This document shows, one piece after another, positions 10,901-19,375 of a stretch of DNA of 64,000 nucleotides. Both the position numbers and the translations under genes were made by a program. The notes under the pieces were generated by a model. It worked only from the letters and a program-made list of their open reading frames with translations, was not told where the DNA came from and searched no databases. Every line of letters starts with the position of its first letter. Positions within the stretch are counted from its first letter, which is position 1. Origin of the DNA: a virus. Location of the stretch: IMG/VR virus record IMGVR_UViG_3300032018_000004, positions 1-64,000 of that record. One strand, given 5' to 3'.

Positions 10901-11357
10901 CTTTGTCGTAAATAGTAGATGCATTTGTCGAAGTTAGATTCTTATCAAAGGTGGTTAAGAATGCGGACATAGATGCAACTTTCAATTGGTAATCTTCTAC
11001 CGCTGCAAGACCACCAGTGAATTCATCCCTCACCCCACGCAATGCAACATACACACCAGAAATTGCGGCAGTAGCAATAGCAAACCCTGGAGCGGCAGCA
11101 AGGATATTTTTAGAAGACTCCATGGTTTTTTCAATATAAGAACGATTAGCTTTATGAAATTTTTCCTCTTCTGCCAACCGCTGTTGGTTCATTCTTTTCT
11201 TGAAAGCAAGAGTTGCTTCATCACTGGATTTTTGCGTGGCTTCAATACCAGAGATGGTCTTTTCCGTTTCAGATTTTATCCTACTTAGGCCAGAACGAAA
11301 TTCCCTATCATCCAATTTAAGCTCAACATATATTGACCCAAGACTTCCCGCCATCAC
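7953..11357 (-). CDS. Tape measure protein
   Basis: 1134 aa, helical Ala/Lys-rich; lambda-like C-terminal motif FKGMEDALVNFVKTGKLDF; follows chaperones. Confidence 0.92.
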   Translation of the reverse strand: MMAGSLGSIYVELKLDDREFRSGLSRIKSETEKTISGIEATQKSSDEATLAFKKRMNQQRLAEEEKFHKANRSYIEKTMESSKNILAAAPGFAIATAAISGVYVALRGVRDEFTGGLAAVEDYQLKVASMSAFLTTFDKNLTSTNASTIYDKAKIEAQNLVQTMEILDARTIATGKDLTTMAEQFIKGGIKIDTTNKASLDGFVNIANALKLLTQGQNQEIQMRQEIRALSQGQVRDQNILVQTLKGIDPQIKEHIKLWKQQGTVLENVGQLLAGFGPAAQDLENTWAVIGSTMETIHTRILRGMFKPTYDSLVQTAKEWNRNLMDSEGFLTPTAQMIIDVGKSSLDFLKNIVNWGAELGKIALIAGPIFVAIEYGVSIIETLTLGTMLAQDAMIAFTAATLLNPIFIAAAAAAAIYGIMKIKDSISETTQETIKATQSTKDYYDKIEAIYQTSNGLDEVKAKMKALNDEVSSQANLDSWAAMIERISGVKPDLSWVSNLRKELNKEPEKGSWLDIFNKFLLSTGGGEVPRGRETREKSEALAKNFNLSSYQGPLSSGTMTSSAPSDFLNRSNFSTSNILGNKEENFLSSSDVANITKDSGMDSYLKQLQKQSEKIKDSARATLELKIATGEFATEVKEMNGGGELASNTLNKWIADARKAADTIDSNKLGEKSKQQWDSASKSIEGTITSLHSMNLEQEKSQEAIWRSKFASDSYRKELGMSVEQFDRFKKAYEGMVTEEAKGADSRKELNKANSDADKYYDNLKTKLESLEGAPGETEQLLNWGNAFEEAMFKAGSSATVTAAQLDEIYTKLDKFDEMMGKAKSITGEKAIGDLQKGMAKWKVTNLPGSKEENKENRVLIDLEQWKKSWDKMTDIQKEASGISAEMWAEYYETISTMNDNWVMGAQSGLDTYANSTTNAFKTAGASVEKAFKGMEDALVNFVKTGKLDFSSMIDSMITDLIRFQIQQSITSPLAENSSSLLGTLGGAIAGMFGGGGGITSAAAPNTSYVGSYDSMVGTSSSFSMASAAGGYDIPAGTNPVTQLHEREMVLPADIANRFRGSNSESASGGTMSVIVNNFGSEKVETKEGKTASGGKSLTIQIGEAVAGDIKSGGPVARALKDTFGMKPQLAMR

Positions 11358-11369
11358 TCAACTCCTATA

Positions 11370-11704
11370 TCAAGAAGATTTCTCTTCGCGTTCAAATCTA
11401 ACGATATTTTCATAAACACGAAGCACCTTCAAAAATGTATCAAATCTATCATCTACATCAAATTCATCAATCAATCGCCAAACTGGTTCATGCATCAATC
11501 CAGCACTCACTGGCTCACTCATTCCTCCGCCAACCCAAATTCTCTGGTCTTGAACCAGCCCCCATATCCTTGCGGCATTGATGTTTTCAGGAAGCAAGTC
11601 GGGGAGACATTCACTACAAGGAGGTTCCTGATCCTTCATGGCATACACATCTCTACAAGCTCTACAATCGGGCTTGGTCTGCACACGCTCCGTGTAGTCG
11701 ATCA
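11370..11704 (-). CDS. Tail assembly chaperone, frameshifted C-terminal part (lambda T-like)
   Basis: -1 frame is open from the slippery site (LIDYTERVQTKPDCRAC...); ENxxAxxIW motif; CxxC pairs. Confidence 0.75.
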
Positions 11705-12118
11705 GTTTCCCAATATTTGCCCACCAATTTCATCAATCTTGCCCTGGAGATTTGTCAAATGTGCAGAGACCCATGCTGAAAAGGAAGGCTCGCCATTCAT
11801 CAGAAGCTTCTTGTTTCCAAGATTGCAAGGAATAGCATTGCCGTCAGGCTCCACAAGATTCCAATTTGCGATTTGGTAGTCAAGGAAAAGGTCATTGAAC
11901 TGAGTGATCTTTTCTTCTGGAATGTCAAGGTCTGAGACAGATTCCATCTTTTTGGAAATGGTATTTACGATGTACTTCGTCTTAGGCTTCATTCCAATGG
12001 TCTTGCGGAACTCCTCCATCTTGTCTCCAGAAACAAGGCGAAGCTCTACCCATTCTTCCCCGTCCTCATCGTAGTTAAATCTAGTTGAGGGATTGAGATT
12101 TTTAAGATCGATAGACAT
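11702..12118 (-). CDS. Tail assembly chaperone (lambda G-like)
   Basis: QIANWNLVEPDGNAIPC motif; position before tape measure; slippery site at its end. Confidence 0.8.
   Translation of the reverse strand: MSIDLKNLNPSTRFNYDEDGEEWVELRLVSGDKMEEFRKTIGMKPKTKYIVNTISKKMESVSDLDIPEEKITQFNDLFLDYQIANWNLVEPDGNAIPCNLGNKKLLMNGEPSFSAWVSAHLTNLQGKIDEIGGQILGN
11705..11711 (-). other. -1 ribosomal frameshift slippery heptamer G GGA AAC
   Basis: XXXYYYZ heptamer immediately before the chaperone stop (TTG GGA AAC TGA); -1 shift joins the downstream ORF. Confidence 0.85.
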
Positions 12119-12147
12119 ATGTACTCCTTTTGTGGTATTTAATAAAA

Positions 12148-12312
12148 CTATTTTCTTGGGATTGATACAGTTGCTGTAAAAACACCCAATGCTAATAGTG
12201 CGTCACGCAATACATTCACGAAATCGGCAACTGGTGCCATCTTTAAAAACACCAATGCCGCCCAGGTCGTGAGAAGAAGTCCAGCGGCAATCATTTTATG
12301 GAGTGGTGTCAT
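12148..12312 (-). CDS. Small two-TM membrane protein, holin-like candidate (not in ORF track)
   Basis: 54 aa MTPLHKMIAAGLLLTTWAALVFLKMAPVADFVNVLRDALLALGVFTATVSIPRK; overlaps HNH stop. Confidence 0.45.
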   Translation of the reverse strand: MTPLHKMIAAGLLLTTWAALVFLKMAPVADFVNVLRDALLALGVFTATVSIPRK

Positions 12313-13213
12313 TTTGTTCCGAATTCAATAATTTGTTAAGGATATTGTATTGATACTCAATTTCTTTATGCTTCTTTTCGTGACACTCCTTGCAAAGAGT
12401 CATCCCGTTCTTTATATCCCAAAGAACATCGCATTCTAAAGCTTTATCCAAAGACTCTATATTGTTGTCAAATAATATCTGAATAAATGGGACTAAATGG
12501 TGAGCATTTAAATCGCCACCAGTAGTTTTCCCACAATCCTGGCAGATATAAATATCTCTTTTGTATACTTCATTTCTCCAAGTTTTATAGGCTGAAGAAC
12601 CCCTAATTAAATCAATTAACTTCTTCTCTTTCCTCTTCCAATTAGTTACGTCAAAACCCCTAAATTTTGCTTGAGAAAGAGACATCTTATCTTTTGATTC
12701 TTTAGAGTGTTTCTTTCCTTTCATGCCACGACAATGATTTTCTCCAGACGGTATTCTTGGGTCATCATTCGCCGTTAATCCAGCATTCCATCCAGGTATT
12801 CCTTTATGGCCGTCACTCATTCTCTTCAAAGTCTCTTCAGACCGATCCCGATGATGGTGAGTCTTTATATATTTATTTCCGTATTCAGCAAGTTCCCCAC
12901 ATCCACAAGCACACAGTGTTCTTTGAGACTCTTTCTCATTGTTCCGTGTCTCTATTTGTTTGTTTCTTTTATCTCTTTGGACATCATTCCATTTGGTCCC
13001 TAGTCTTGATTGTCTAATTTTTTCTTTAGCTTCATCAGAAAGCTTCTTCCCTTTCATAGAGGAGTTCTTCAATAATGTCTCAGATATTTTTCTTTTAGAC
13101 TCTTCTGAATGTTTAAAATTATTTGCTCTGTGGCAATGCCCTCTGGCATAATCTACATGAACTAATGTACCACAACCGCACTTGCATATTTTTTTCTTAA
13201 TTCTTTTACCCAT
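12296..13213 (-). CDS. Free-standing HNH homing endonuclease with NUMOD3-like repeats
   Basis: CxCGCG and KHSEESKxKIS repeats; C-terminal CQDCG...AHH...NGMTLCKECH. Confidence 0.9.
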   Translation of the reverse strand: MGKRIKKKICKCGCGTLVHVDYARGHCHRANNFKHSEESKRKISETLLKNSSMKGKKLSDEAKEKIRQSRLGTKWNDVQRDKRNKQIETRNNEKESQRTLCACGCGELAEYGNKYIKTHHHRDRSEETLKRMSDGHKGIPGWNAGLTANDDPRIPSGENHCRGMKGKKHSKESKDKMSLSQAKFRGFDVTNWKRKEKKLIDLIRGSSAYKTWRNEVYKRDIYICQDCGKTTGGDLNAHHLVPFIQILFDNNIESLDKALECDVLWDIKNGMTLCKECHEKKHKEIEYQYNILNKLLNSEQNDTTP

Positions 13214-13244
13214 AGTATTCCTCCTATGAAATCCATAATAAAAT

Positions 13245-13293
13245 GAGGGAAGAGATGGATTAAGTCTCTTATCGGATGGCCGTCCTATCCCTC
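13245..13293 (-). ncRNA. Structured cis-RNA motif, copy 1
   Basis: GAGGGA-TAGG-ACGGCCAT-CCGATAAG-AGA-loop-TCT-CT-TCCCTC; same core as 23665-23716 and 29344-29390 with compensatory stems. Confidence 0.7.
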
Positions 13294-13320
13294 AAAACCT
13301 GTCAAATAATAAACACTACA

Positions 13321-13743
13321 TTATACTCTTGCAAGCCCACCTGAGACCTTGCAAGAAAAACTAGCTGTCATAAGCGCTGAACGATCCGCTCCAATTTCCC
13401 ATGAAGTGATATAAACCCCTGACCCTGTGATGCTTGTATAGGCAGGGGTGTAATATGATTGAGAATTTAGCCAAAATTTAATAGATGTTAGAAGAGTCGC
13501 ATTTTCATTTGCGGTCCTCAACACATCCTGACCTGCCGTATCTGCTGGGTCAAACAAACCATTAAAACTAATAGTGCCACCATCTAGCAGTCCCATTTTA
13601 TATTTTTTATAGGTATCGCCAAAAGCCGTTTCTTCGAGCTGATCTGAACTCATCCCACTCAAAGACCACGTGCCCATTAATGAAATCACGCTATCTCCAG
13701 TCCCTACAGTTACCTTTGCTCCGTTACCTCTTTGACTAGCCAT
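13321..13743 (-). CDS. Major tail tube protein
   Basis: 140 aa; ETAFGD...GLLDGGTISFNG...GQ..L...SFSCKVSG pattern of siphovirus tube proteins. Confidence 0.85.
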   Translation of the reverse strand: MASQRGNGAKVTVGTGDSVISLMGTWSLSGMSSDQLEETAFGDTYKKYKMGLLDGGTISFNGLFDPADTAGQDVLRTANENATLLTSIKFWLNSQSYYTPAYTSITGSGVYITSWEIGADRSALMTASFSCKVSGGLARV

Positions 13744-13755
13744 ATTTTATACCTC

Positions 13756-14385
13756 CTAATTATTATTCTTCATTAAAGCTTTATGCAACTTATATGTATT
13801 CCAATCGACGGAAAGGCTACCGATATGTCCAATGCCCAATGTCGTATCTACAAAAATCCTATATCCCGCTTTCTTTAATTTGATACAAAACCCTATATCT
13901 TCACCAATGGGTCTACCATCTTCTCCAACTGTAAATTCGAACCAAGGCATTTCTGTTTTTAGAAAGACCTCTGTTTTGAAAAGGACACACCCTGTTCCCG
14001 TTGCGTCAACTTCGACTAATTCATTATCTAAAATTTCTTCATCCGGGACTGGCAGATATTTTCCCGGTAATCCCCGATAAAGAAGAGGGTCAAAGGGGGG
14101 GTAGCGCCTGTGGATAAGGCCACCAACCACCGGCAAATCATGTTTCAATAGTTTCGTGATAGTCTGAGGGCCGTAAGACTGGTCAGTATCTAACATGATT
14201 AAATGAGTGCAGCCAGAACCTAGTGATTGTTGAACAATACTATTTCTAACTGCCTCAATTGTCATGCCTGGATACTGGGGGCGAAGGTAAACAAAATCAG
14301 GCTTCTCCATTTTAACCCAGCTATCGAGAAAAACGGTATGGACATGATCTGACGTTAATGGCACCCCTATACCCAACTTCATCAA
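13756..14385 (-). CDS. Glycosyltransferase (GT-A fold, GT2-like)
   Basis: RNSIV...HLIMLDTD (DxD), ATGTGCVL, GEDIGFC, terminal GHIG. Confidence 0.85.
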   Translation of the reverse strand: MMKLGIGVPLTSDHVHTVFLDSWVKMEKPDFVYLRPQYPGMTIEAVRNSIVQQSLGSGCTHLIMLDTDQSYGPQTITKLLKHDLPVVGGLIHRRYPPFDPLLYRGLPGKYLPVPDEEILDNELVEVDATGTGCVLFKTEVFLKTEMPWFEFTVGEDGRPIGEDIGFCIKLKKAGYRIFVDTTLGIGHIGSLSVDWNTYKLHKALMKNNN

Positions 14386-15164
14386 TTTATCTCCCCAATA
14401 AATTCCAAAACTTCTTTCTTAGATTTACCTTGCAATTTCAGGTAATATATGGTCTTATTTATTCTCAATCTCTTTTCAAAATCTGGTATATTAAAAGCCG
14501 AATCATGTGCTTGGTGCAACGTCAACAAATCATCAGCCAGATAAAATGGGATATTATTTCTCTTTACCGTTTCTCTAAAGTCATCATCATCGTAGGCAAC
14601 TCCAAGAGAAAACATCTCATCAAAACCACCAATTCTTTCATATTGGACTTTTGAAATTGTGCTACAAAAATGAAACATTGCATTCCTATGTTTTGAATGC
14701 TGATACCACATTTGAGGTTCAAAATAGAAGTTTTCTATATCACCTTCCAATTCATTATAATTCACGACATTTAAACAAGAACATACCACATATTGATCTT
14801 TGTTCTCTGCAAATGCTTTATCTAACCCCTCTAGCACATTCCCATGGTGCATGACTTCTGGGTTAGTTATTACAATAAATTCACCTCTTGCCTTTTCAAC
14901 TCCTAAATTAAACAAAGGGGAAGGGTTATAACAATCAAAGAATTCAGATTCTATACATACCTTATCGGCACAATCATCAAAAAACTTTAATGTTTTTAAC
15001 AACTTCTCGTGTTCTTCTGCGTCTTTTCTGTTCTTCACATCTTCAACAATTACCAATTCATAATCATCACGATCTTTATAGTGATGGATGAACGAAGCAA
15101 TTGTGTTCTTCAACTGTTCCGATCTTTTTAAATATGGCATTACTATTGAGTATTTTTTACTCAC
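14382..15164 (-). CDS. Glycosyltransferase family 2
   Basis: YSIVMPY...ELVIVED, NLGVEKARGEFIV, GGFDE...YDDDDF. Confidence 0.9.
   Translation of the reverse strand: MSKKYSIVMPYLKRSEQLKNTIASFIHHYKDRDDYELVIVEDVKNRKDAEEHEKLLKTLKFFDDCADKVCIESEFFDCYNPSPLFNLGVEKARGEFIVITNPEVMHHGNVLEGLDKAFAENKDQYVVCSCLNVVNYNELEGDIENFYFEPQMWYQHSKHRNAMFHFCSTISKVQYERIGGFDEMFSLGVAYDDDDFRETVKRNNIPFYLADDLLTLHQAHDSAFNIPDFEKRLRINKTIYYLKLQGKSKKEVLEFIGEIN
14962..14989 (-). promoter_or_regulatory. sigma28-type promoter inside GT gene, facing last GT and tail tube gene
   Basis: TAAAGTTT-N12-GCCGATAA. Confidence 0.7.
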
Positions 15165-16011
15165 AAATCTCTCCCATTAATTTAAGCAAAAAAATGTCTT
15201 CGGACTCTTTAATATTATCTTTTGTTACTATGTTTTCATATTTTGATGTGCTATTTGCCCCTGCGTACCAATGAACTCCTATTGTCTTCTCCATAAATTG
15301 GTATTGGATTTTCTCAAATAAAGAATCTGCTTGGCTCCATGCAAAGGGATAAATAGCCACAAATGGAATGTTTAAAATGTTAGATTCGCACCTTTCATTA
15401 AATTCTCCAAATTTCAATTTATTATGATGAAAAAAATGTAAGAATAAGTTACTACCAAGCGATTGATATTCAAGCTCTTTGTTTTTTGACTCCTCCAAAG
15501 CTATCCCAAGCAAATAACTAAAAACCATGCTATTCGGAGTAGACATTAAAAACCCTATGCTATGATACCCCCCAGAAAAACAAAAGCAGGCATTTTCTCC
15601 GGGACCAATAGATTTTATATGCAATTCATCCATTGACTTCAAATATAGAATATCAAAATCACTCCAAACTCCTCCTTCGGTTGAAAGAATATATAGCCTT
15701 AAAATATCTGATTTATGAACTTCAGAACATAATTCACCAATGTTAAAAATAGAAAAATCAAATTCTACGACATCAGTATTTGCAATACCAGATAGATCGG
15801 CAAAGCAGTCTTCCCCTTGGTATTCATAACTTTTTTGCTCCTTACTGCCCCAAGATTCCGCTAAAGAAATCTCATTTGAACAATAAACTTTTATCTTCCA
15901 ATCTGGGTTCAAAATTGAAAATGATTTAACAGTTAAGTACTTCATATAGGAAAGTTTTTTATTTCTTCCCCAATACAAATGAAGAATCTTTGGGATGTTT
16001 AAATCTACCAT
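15157..16011 (-). CDS. DXD sugar-binding glycosyltransferase (GT32/OCH1-like)
   Basis: IPKILHLYWG, KSDILRLYILSTEGGVWSDFD, C-terminal VHWY. Confidence 0.88.
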   Translation of the reverse strand: MVDLNIPKILHLYWGRNKKLSYMKYLTVKSFSILNPDWKIKVYCSNEISLAESWGSKEQKSYEYQGEDCFADLSGIANTDVVEFDFSIFNIGELCSEVHKSDILRLYILSTEGGVWSDFDILYLKSMDELHIKSIGPGENACFCFSGGYHSIGFLMSTPNSMVFSYLLGIALEESKNKELEYQSLGSNLFLHFFHHNKLKFGEFNERCESNILNIPFVAIYPFAWSQADSLFEKIQYQFMEKTIGVHWYAGANSTSKYENIVTKDNIKESEDIFLLKLMGEICE

Positions 16012-16566
16012 TTATTTTTTACATTTTATAAAAAAGAAAGCTCCATCAAAAAGTTCTTCCATAAAACACACGCTACTGTAATACTCTCCTAGTTTTTTCA
16101 TCCACCACTCTTTATTTTCTTGGATGGGGTGTAACTCGATGTCAAGCATTCTATCTGAATGATTTGCAATCCCAAATAATGCTATTAATGATATAGAAGA
16201 AATACATTTCAATGTCTCATCGATATCTTCAATAGATATATGCTCAAGCATATCATTGCAAAGCACATTATCAAATCTCTTTTTTGATTTGCAAAATGTC
16301 ACGATGTCAGAACATTTATGAGGAACGTCACTCAAAAATTTATTGCAACACTCTTTACTAATTTCAACCCCAAACGCCTCAACACCCATATCCAAAGCCA
16401 TCTTCAAATTATGCCCAGAGCCACAACCTATATCAAGCAATGTCCCTTCAAGGCATGACAAATATGCTGAAATTGGCTCATCTTTTTTATCATGCCTTGA
16501 GGACGAATAACTATTATACGCTGGAATTTCTTTATAAATTTTATCGTATATTTCTTTATTATTCAT
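16012..16566 (-). CDS. Class I SAM-dependent methyltransferase
   Basis: LLDIGCGSG motif I, GVEIS, DMLEHI. Confidence 0.9.
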   Translation of the reverse strand: MNNKEIYDKIYKEIPAYNSYSSSRHDKKDEPISAYLSCLEGTLLDIGCGSGHNLKMALDMGVEAFGVEISKECCNKFLSDVPHKCSDIVTFCKSKKRFDNVLCNDMLEHISIEDIDETLKCISSISLIALFGIANHSDRMLDIELHPIQENKEWWMKKLGEYYSSVCFMEELFDGAFFFIKCKK

Positions 16567-17540
16567 ATAAAATTCACATGAGTTAAATCTTTCATCATGG
16601 CTCCTAATATTTCATTATAGTTTTTATAATAGCAAATTTCACATATTTTCCCATTAACAGGAATGTGGCTTCTTGCAATAATATCTTTTAGATCAAATAC
16701 GCTTCCAAGATTCAATTCAACAGGAAGTTTTTTGGGCGCGTCCTTCTTATAGTATTGACTTCCGCAACAACTATATACTTGATAATCCGCACTTATTACT
16801 GGTTTTAAAAAACAAATATAGCAATCACCACCTTGTTCTGGATGTTCTCTGTTTTGATAAATAACTAAGCTATCATCAGCGCCAAAAGCGGTCACAATAT
16901 TTTTAATCCTAACCATATCAATTTCTTCGGGGTTAAATAAATCTGCCACCAATCTAACATGAGTAAAATTATGATCATTCGCAAAATTAATACATCTCAA
17001 AATCCCATAGATATTAGGAGTTTTGGAAACAACATAGCTAAACGCCCAGTCAACATCGGGGGCTGACTTAATTACCTCTTTCAATTTCTCTTCATAATTA
17101 TCCGTGAATGGGCGAAAATCAGCATGGCTAATCCGGCACCAAGTCACCTTATTTAATATTTCTGGTTTTATGTTGTCCAGAGCAAGGCCATTGTCCACAA
17201 GACCAACTTCAATACCTGACTGGATAAAATACTCAATAATTTCATTAATATTAGGATGCAGACAAGGGCTTCCGCCACCAGTAATCGTTACTGCTCTTGT
17301 TCCCAAATCCTTGCAAATGTCAATAATCTCCATCGCCTTAAACAAAGACATTTCAATTTCTCTGTCTTCGTTAGCGCAACTACAGAATGGGCATTTGAGA
17401 TTACATTTGTTTGTCGGGATAAATTGGATATGGATTGGGGGAATTTTTTTACTGTCATTGATGGAACTAATTACCCTTTCGTCACGCAATAACTTCACTG
17501 GTAGTGTATCAGCAGCGGTAAAACTTAACTTGTCAGACAT
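16563..17540 (-). CDS. Radical SAM protein with C-terminal Cys-rich (SPASM/twitch-like) region
   Basis: CNLKCPFC (CxxxCxxC), VTITGGG, C-terminal C...CC...CEIC. Confidence 0.9.
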   Translation of the reverse strand: MSDKLSFTAADTLPVKLLRDERVISSINDSKKIPPIHIQFIPTNKCNLKCPFCSCANEDREIEMSLFKAMEIIDICKDLGTRAVTITGGGSPCLHPNINEIIEYFIQSGIEVGLVDNGLALDNIKPEILNKVTWCRISHADFRPFTDNYEEKLKEVIKSAPDVDWAFSYVVSKTPNIYGILRCINFANDHNFTHVRLVADLFNPEEIDMVRIKNIVTAFGADDSLVIYQNREHPEQGGDCYICFLKPVISADYQVYSCCGSQYYKKDAPKKLPVELNLGSVFDLKDIIARSHIPVNGKICEICYYKNYNEILGAMMKDLTHVNFI

Positions 17541-17737
17541 TTACTCTCCATTTATTTTCTGCACCTTTTAATTGACTTATTCAAGCGTTCTATCGCAGCA
17601 TCTAACAATGCGGAATCAATGTTGGGGTTTTGCATTCTGACAAGTTTAGCATAATATAAAACTTCAAGCATAGCATTAACAGTATCATGACAACAAATAT
17701 TGCATGGTGCTTCAAATTGTGAATCCATCAATAATCC

Positions 17738-17764
17738 TTATCGGAATATGATTAGAAAACTTTA
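17738..17764 (-). promoter_or_regulatory. sigma28-type promoter upstream of the radical SAM/GT cassette
   Basis: TAAAGTTT-N11-TCCGATAA. Confidence 0.7.
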
Positions 17765-18181
17765 AGACTTTTGCAAAATTATCTCATATTCTACTTGATA
17801 TGTCCATTCCTTTACCACGTTGTCCCAAAATGGACCTAGCACGTTATATCTCTCTACTTTTATATCATTCCATCCGGTTACTGTTATATCACAATTATCA
17901 AAATGAGATTTAAGGTATTCAAGAATTGTTCCAGCTTCCGAAGATGAATTTATGATATTAGAGTGAATGTTAAAAGCAACCTTGACAATTTCAAAGTTCG
18001 AAGCGTTTGTTGATTGGGCGTTTAGGTAATAATCTGGTTTGTCATGTATGAAGAAGTAGACAACGTATGGATATACAGCGGCATCTGCTGCTTTAACGAA
18101 GTAGAAACGATCAGCAATGGCTGTTTTAAAATTACTTGCAACTTGTGATCTTGAGTAGATTGCTGTAGAAAGCGCATTCAT
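17762..18181 (-). CDS. Tail completion/terminator protein (DUF3168-like)
   Basis: AIYSR...YPYVVY motif; position after gp10-like gene. Confidence 0.75.
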   Translation of the reverse strand: MNALSTAIYSRSQVASNFKTAIADRFYFVKAADAAVYPYVVYFFIHDKPDYYLNAQSTNASNFEIVKVAFNIHSNIINSSSEAGTILEYLKSHFDNCDITVTGWNDIKVERYNVLGPFWDNVVKEWTYQVEYEIILQKS

Positions 18182-18639
18182 ATCTTATGTTTCTCGACTA
18201 GATTTAAGATTTCATCTTCTGCATCGTAAAGTGCTGGGCGAAGGAATGGGCGCTTATCTGGATTTGTACTTGTCCCTAATTCATGCCACAACCCTTTAGC
18301 TTCTTTGGTCCCTACATGCCCCACAGCCTCTTGCCCACTAGCAGGGGCATCAATCCCCTCAACATCGGATGCTGGACCCAACCCACCAGTTTTGCCGCTA
18401 GAGGTTGCATAGCTTATTGAATCCTTCAATTCTTCTGTGTCTGGGGCGGGAGGGGCAGGAGCTGCTGAAGCTTGGTGCATTCCACCACCAGGTCGCCTTG
18501 ACCGATACATTTCACCCGTTCCCGCAACCATAGAATCTTTAGCTTTTTGAGTCACCAGTTCACAAGCATCCTCAATGATAGCGTTTTCCGCCATTTGAAC
18601 GGCACTTAAAACCGCTACATCATTCCAAACCGCTCTCAT
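18178..18639 (-). CDS. HK97 gp10-like neck protein
   Basis: HQASA...PPAPDT..L..SI, ELGT...RPFLRPA. Confidence 0.88.
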   Translation of the reverse strand: MRAVWNDVAVLSAVQMAENAIIEDACELVTQKAKDSMVAGTGEMYRSRRPGGGMHQASAAPAPPAPDTEELKDSISYATSSGKTGGLGPASDVEGIDAPASGQEAVGHVGTKEAKGLWHELGTSTNPDKRPFLRPALYDAEDEILNLVEKHKI

Positions 18640-19058
18640 TTAAGCAATTTCTCCCCACCCACAACTGCCCCTGCACCTAAAGCTGCCGCCGCAATCCCAG
18701 GAGCTACTAAAGCTGGAGCCAAGGCAGGAATGAACGGGGCAAGCGCCGTGGTCACAGCAGCCTTTACAGCCCCGTCAATTGCTTCTTTCAAAGCTCCAGA
18801 AGCAATTGCTTGCCCCTCAAAAGCTTTAACCCCCTGTTCGTTTAAATCAACTGTATAGTCATTACCTCTCTTTTCAATATGAGCCACAAGAGAAGAAATC
18901 TCCTTCCCGTTATCTACTACCACCTCGCAACAACTCATTTCTCCAGTCGTATGGTTTGTAACAAATGGTTTAACTGAATAATGAGCAGTACCAGCGTTTT
19001 GAAGAGAAGCGCACCCACAAAATGTAAAAAGAAAAACAACAACAAGTATTTTCTTCAT
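18636..19058 (-). CDS. Predicted lipoprotein inserted in the neck module
   Basis: MKK-hydrophobic-GC lipobox-like signal; hydrophobic C-terminus. Confidence 0.6.
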   Translation of the reverse strand: MKKILVVVFLFTFCGCASLQNAGTAHYSVKPFVTNHTTGEMSCCEVVVDNGKEISSLVAHIEKRGNDYTVDLNEQGVKAFEGQAIASGALKEAIDGAVKAAVTTALAPFIPALAPALVAPGIAAAALGAGAVVGGEKLLK

Positions 19059-19375
19059 TCTACTTTCCTCAGTGTTATTTGTAAAAATCTGTTCTTTAAA
19101 GCAACATCTTCTGGTTCTGCAATAATTTCATAAAGCTTCGCACCATTTCTGACGCGATCTTTAGTTGTAATATTCAACCCATCTTTATATTTCATCATCA
19201 GAATGTAAGTAGTTGAAACCCTTGTAGAATCACCAATAAATTTCTCCCACCCTTCAACCCTAGTCAATGTTCCCCTGATATTTTCTACATCAGTCCACAC
19301 AGTTACAAATCCGCCAGCGCCGTCACTAGCATCCGTTCTTCTCTGAATTTGAAAAATCGCTTTTGGACCTGCCAT
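19055..19375 (-). CDS. Head closure protein (SPP1 gp16-like)
   Basis: DGAGG...W, ITTKDRV...YEI motifs. Confidence 0.85.
   Translation of the reverse strand: MAGPKAIFQIQRRTDASDGAGGFVTVWTDVENIRGTLTRVEGWEKFIGDSTRVSTTYILMMKYKDGLNITTKDRVRNGAKLYEIIAEPEDVALKNRFLQITLRKVE

Noticed and set aside
13261-13293. CCGATAAG in the RNA motif copies as additional sigma28 promoters
   Set aside because: No TAAAGTTT at the required distance, one copy reads CCGACAAG, and flanking stems covary as RNA structure
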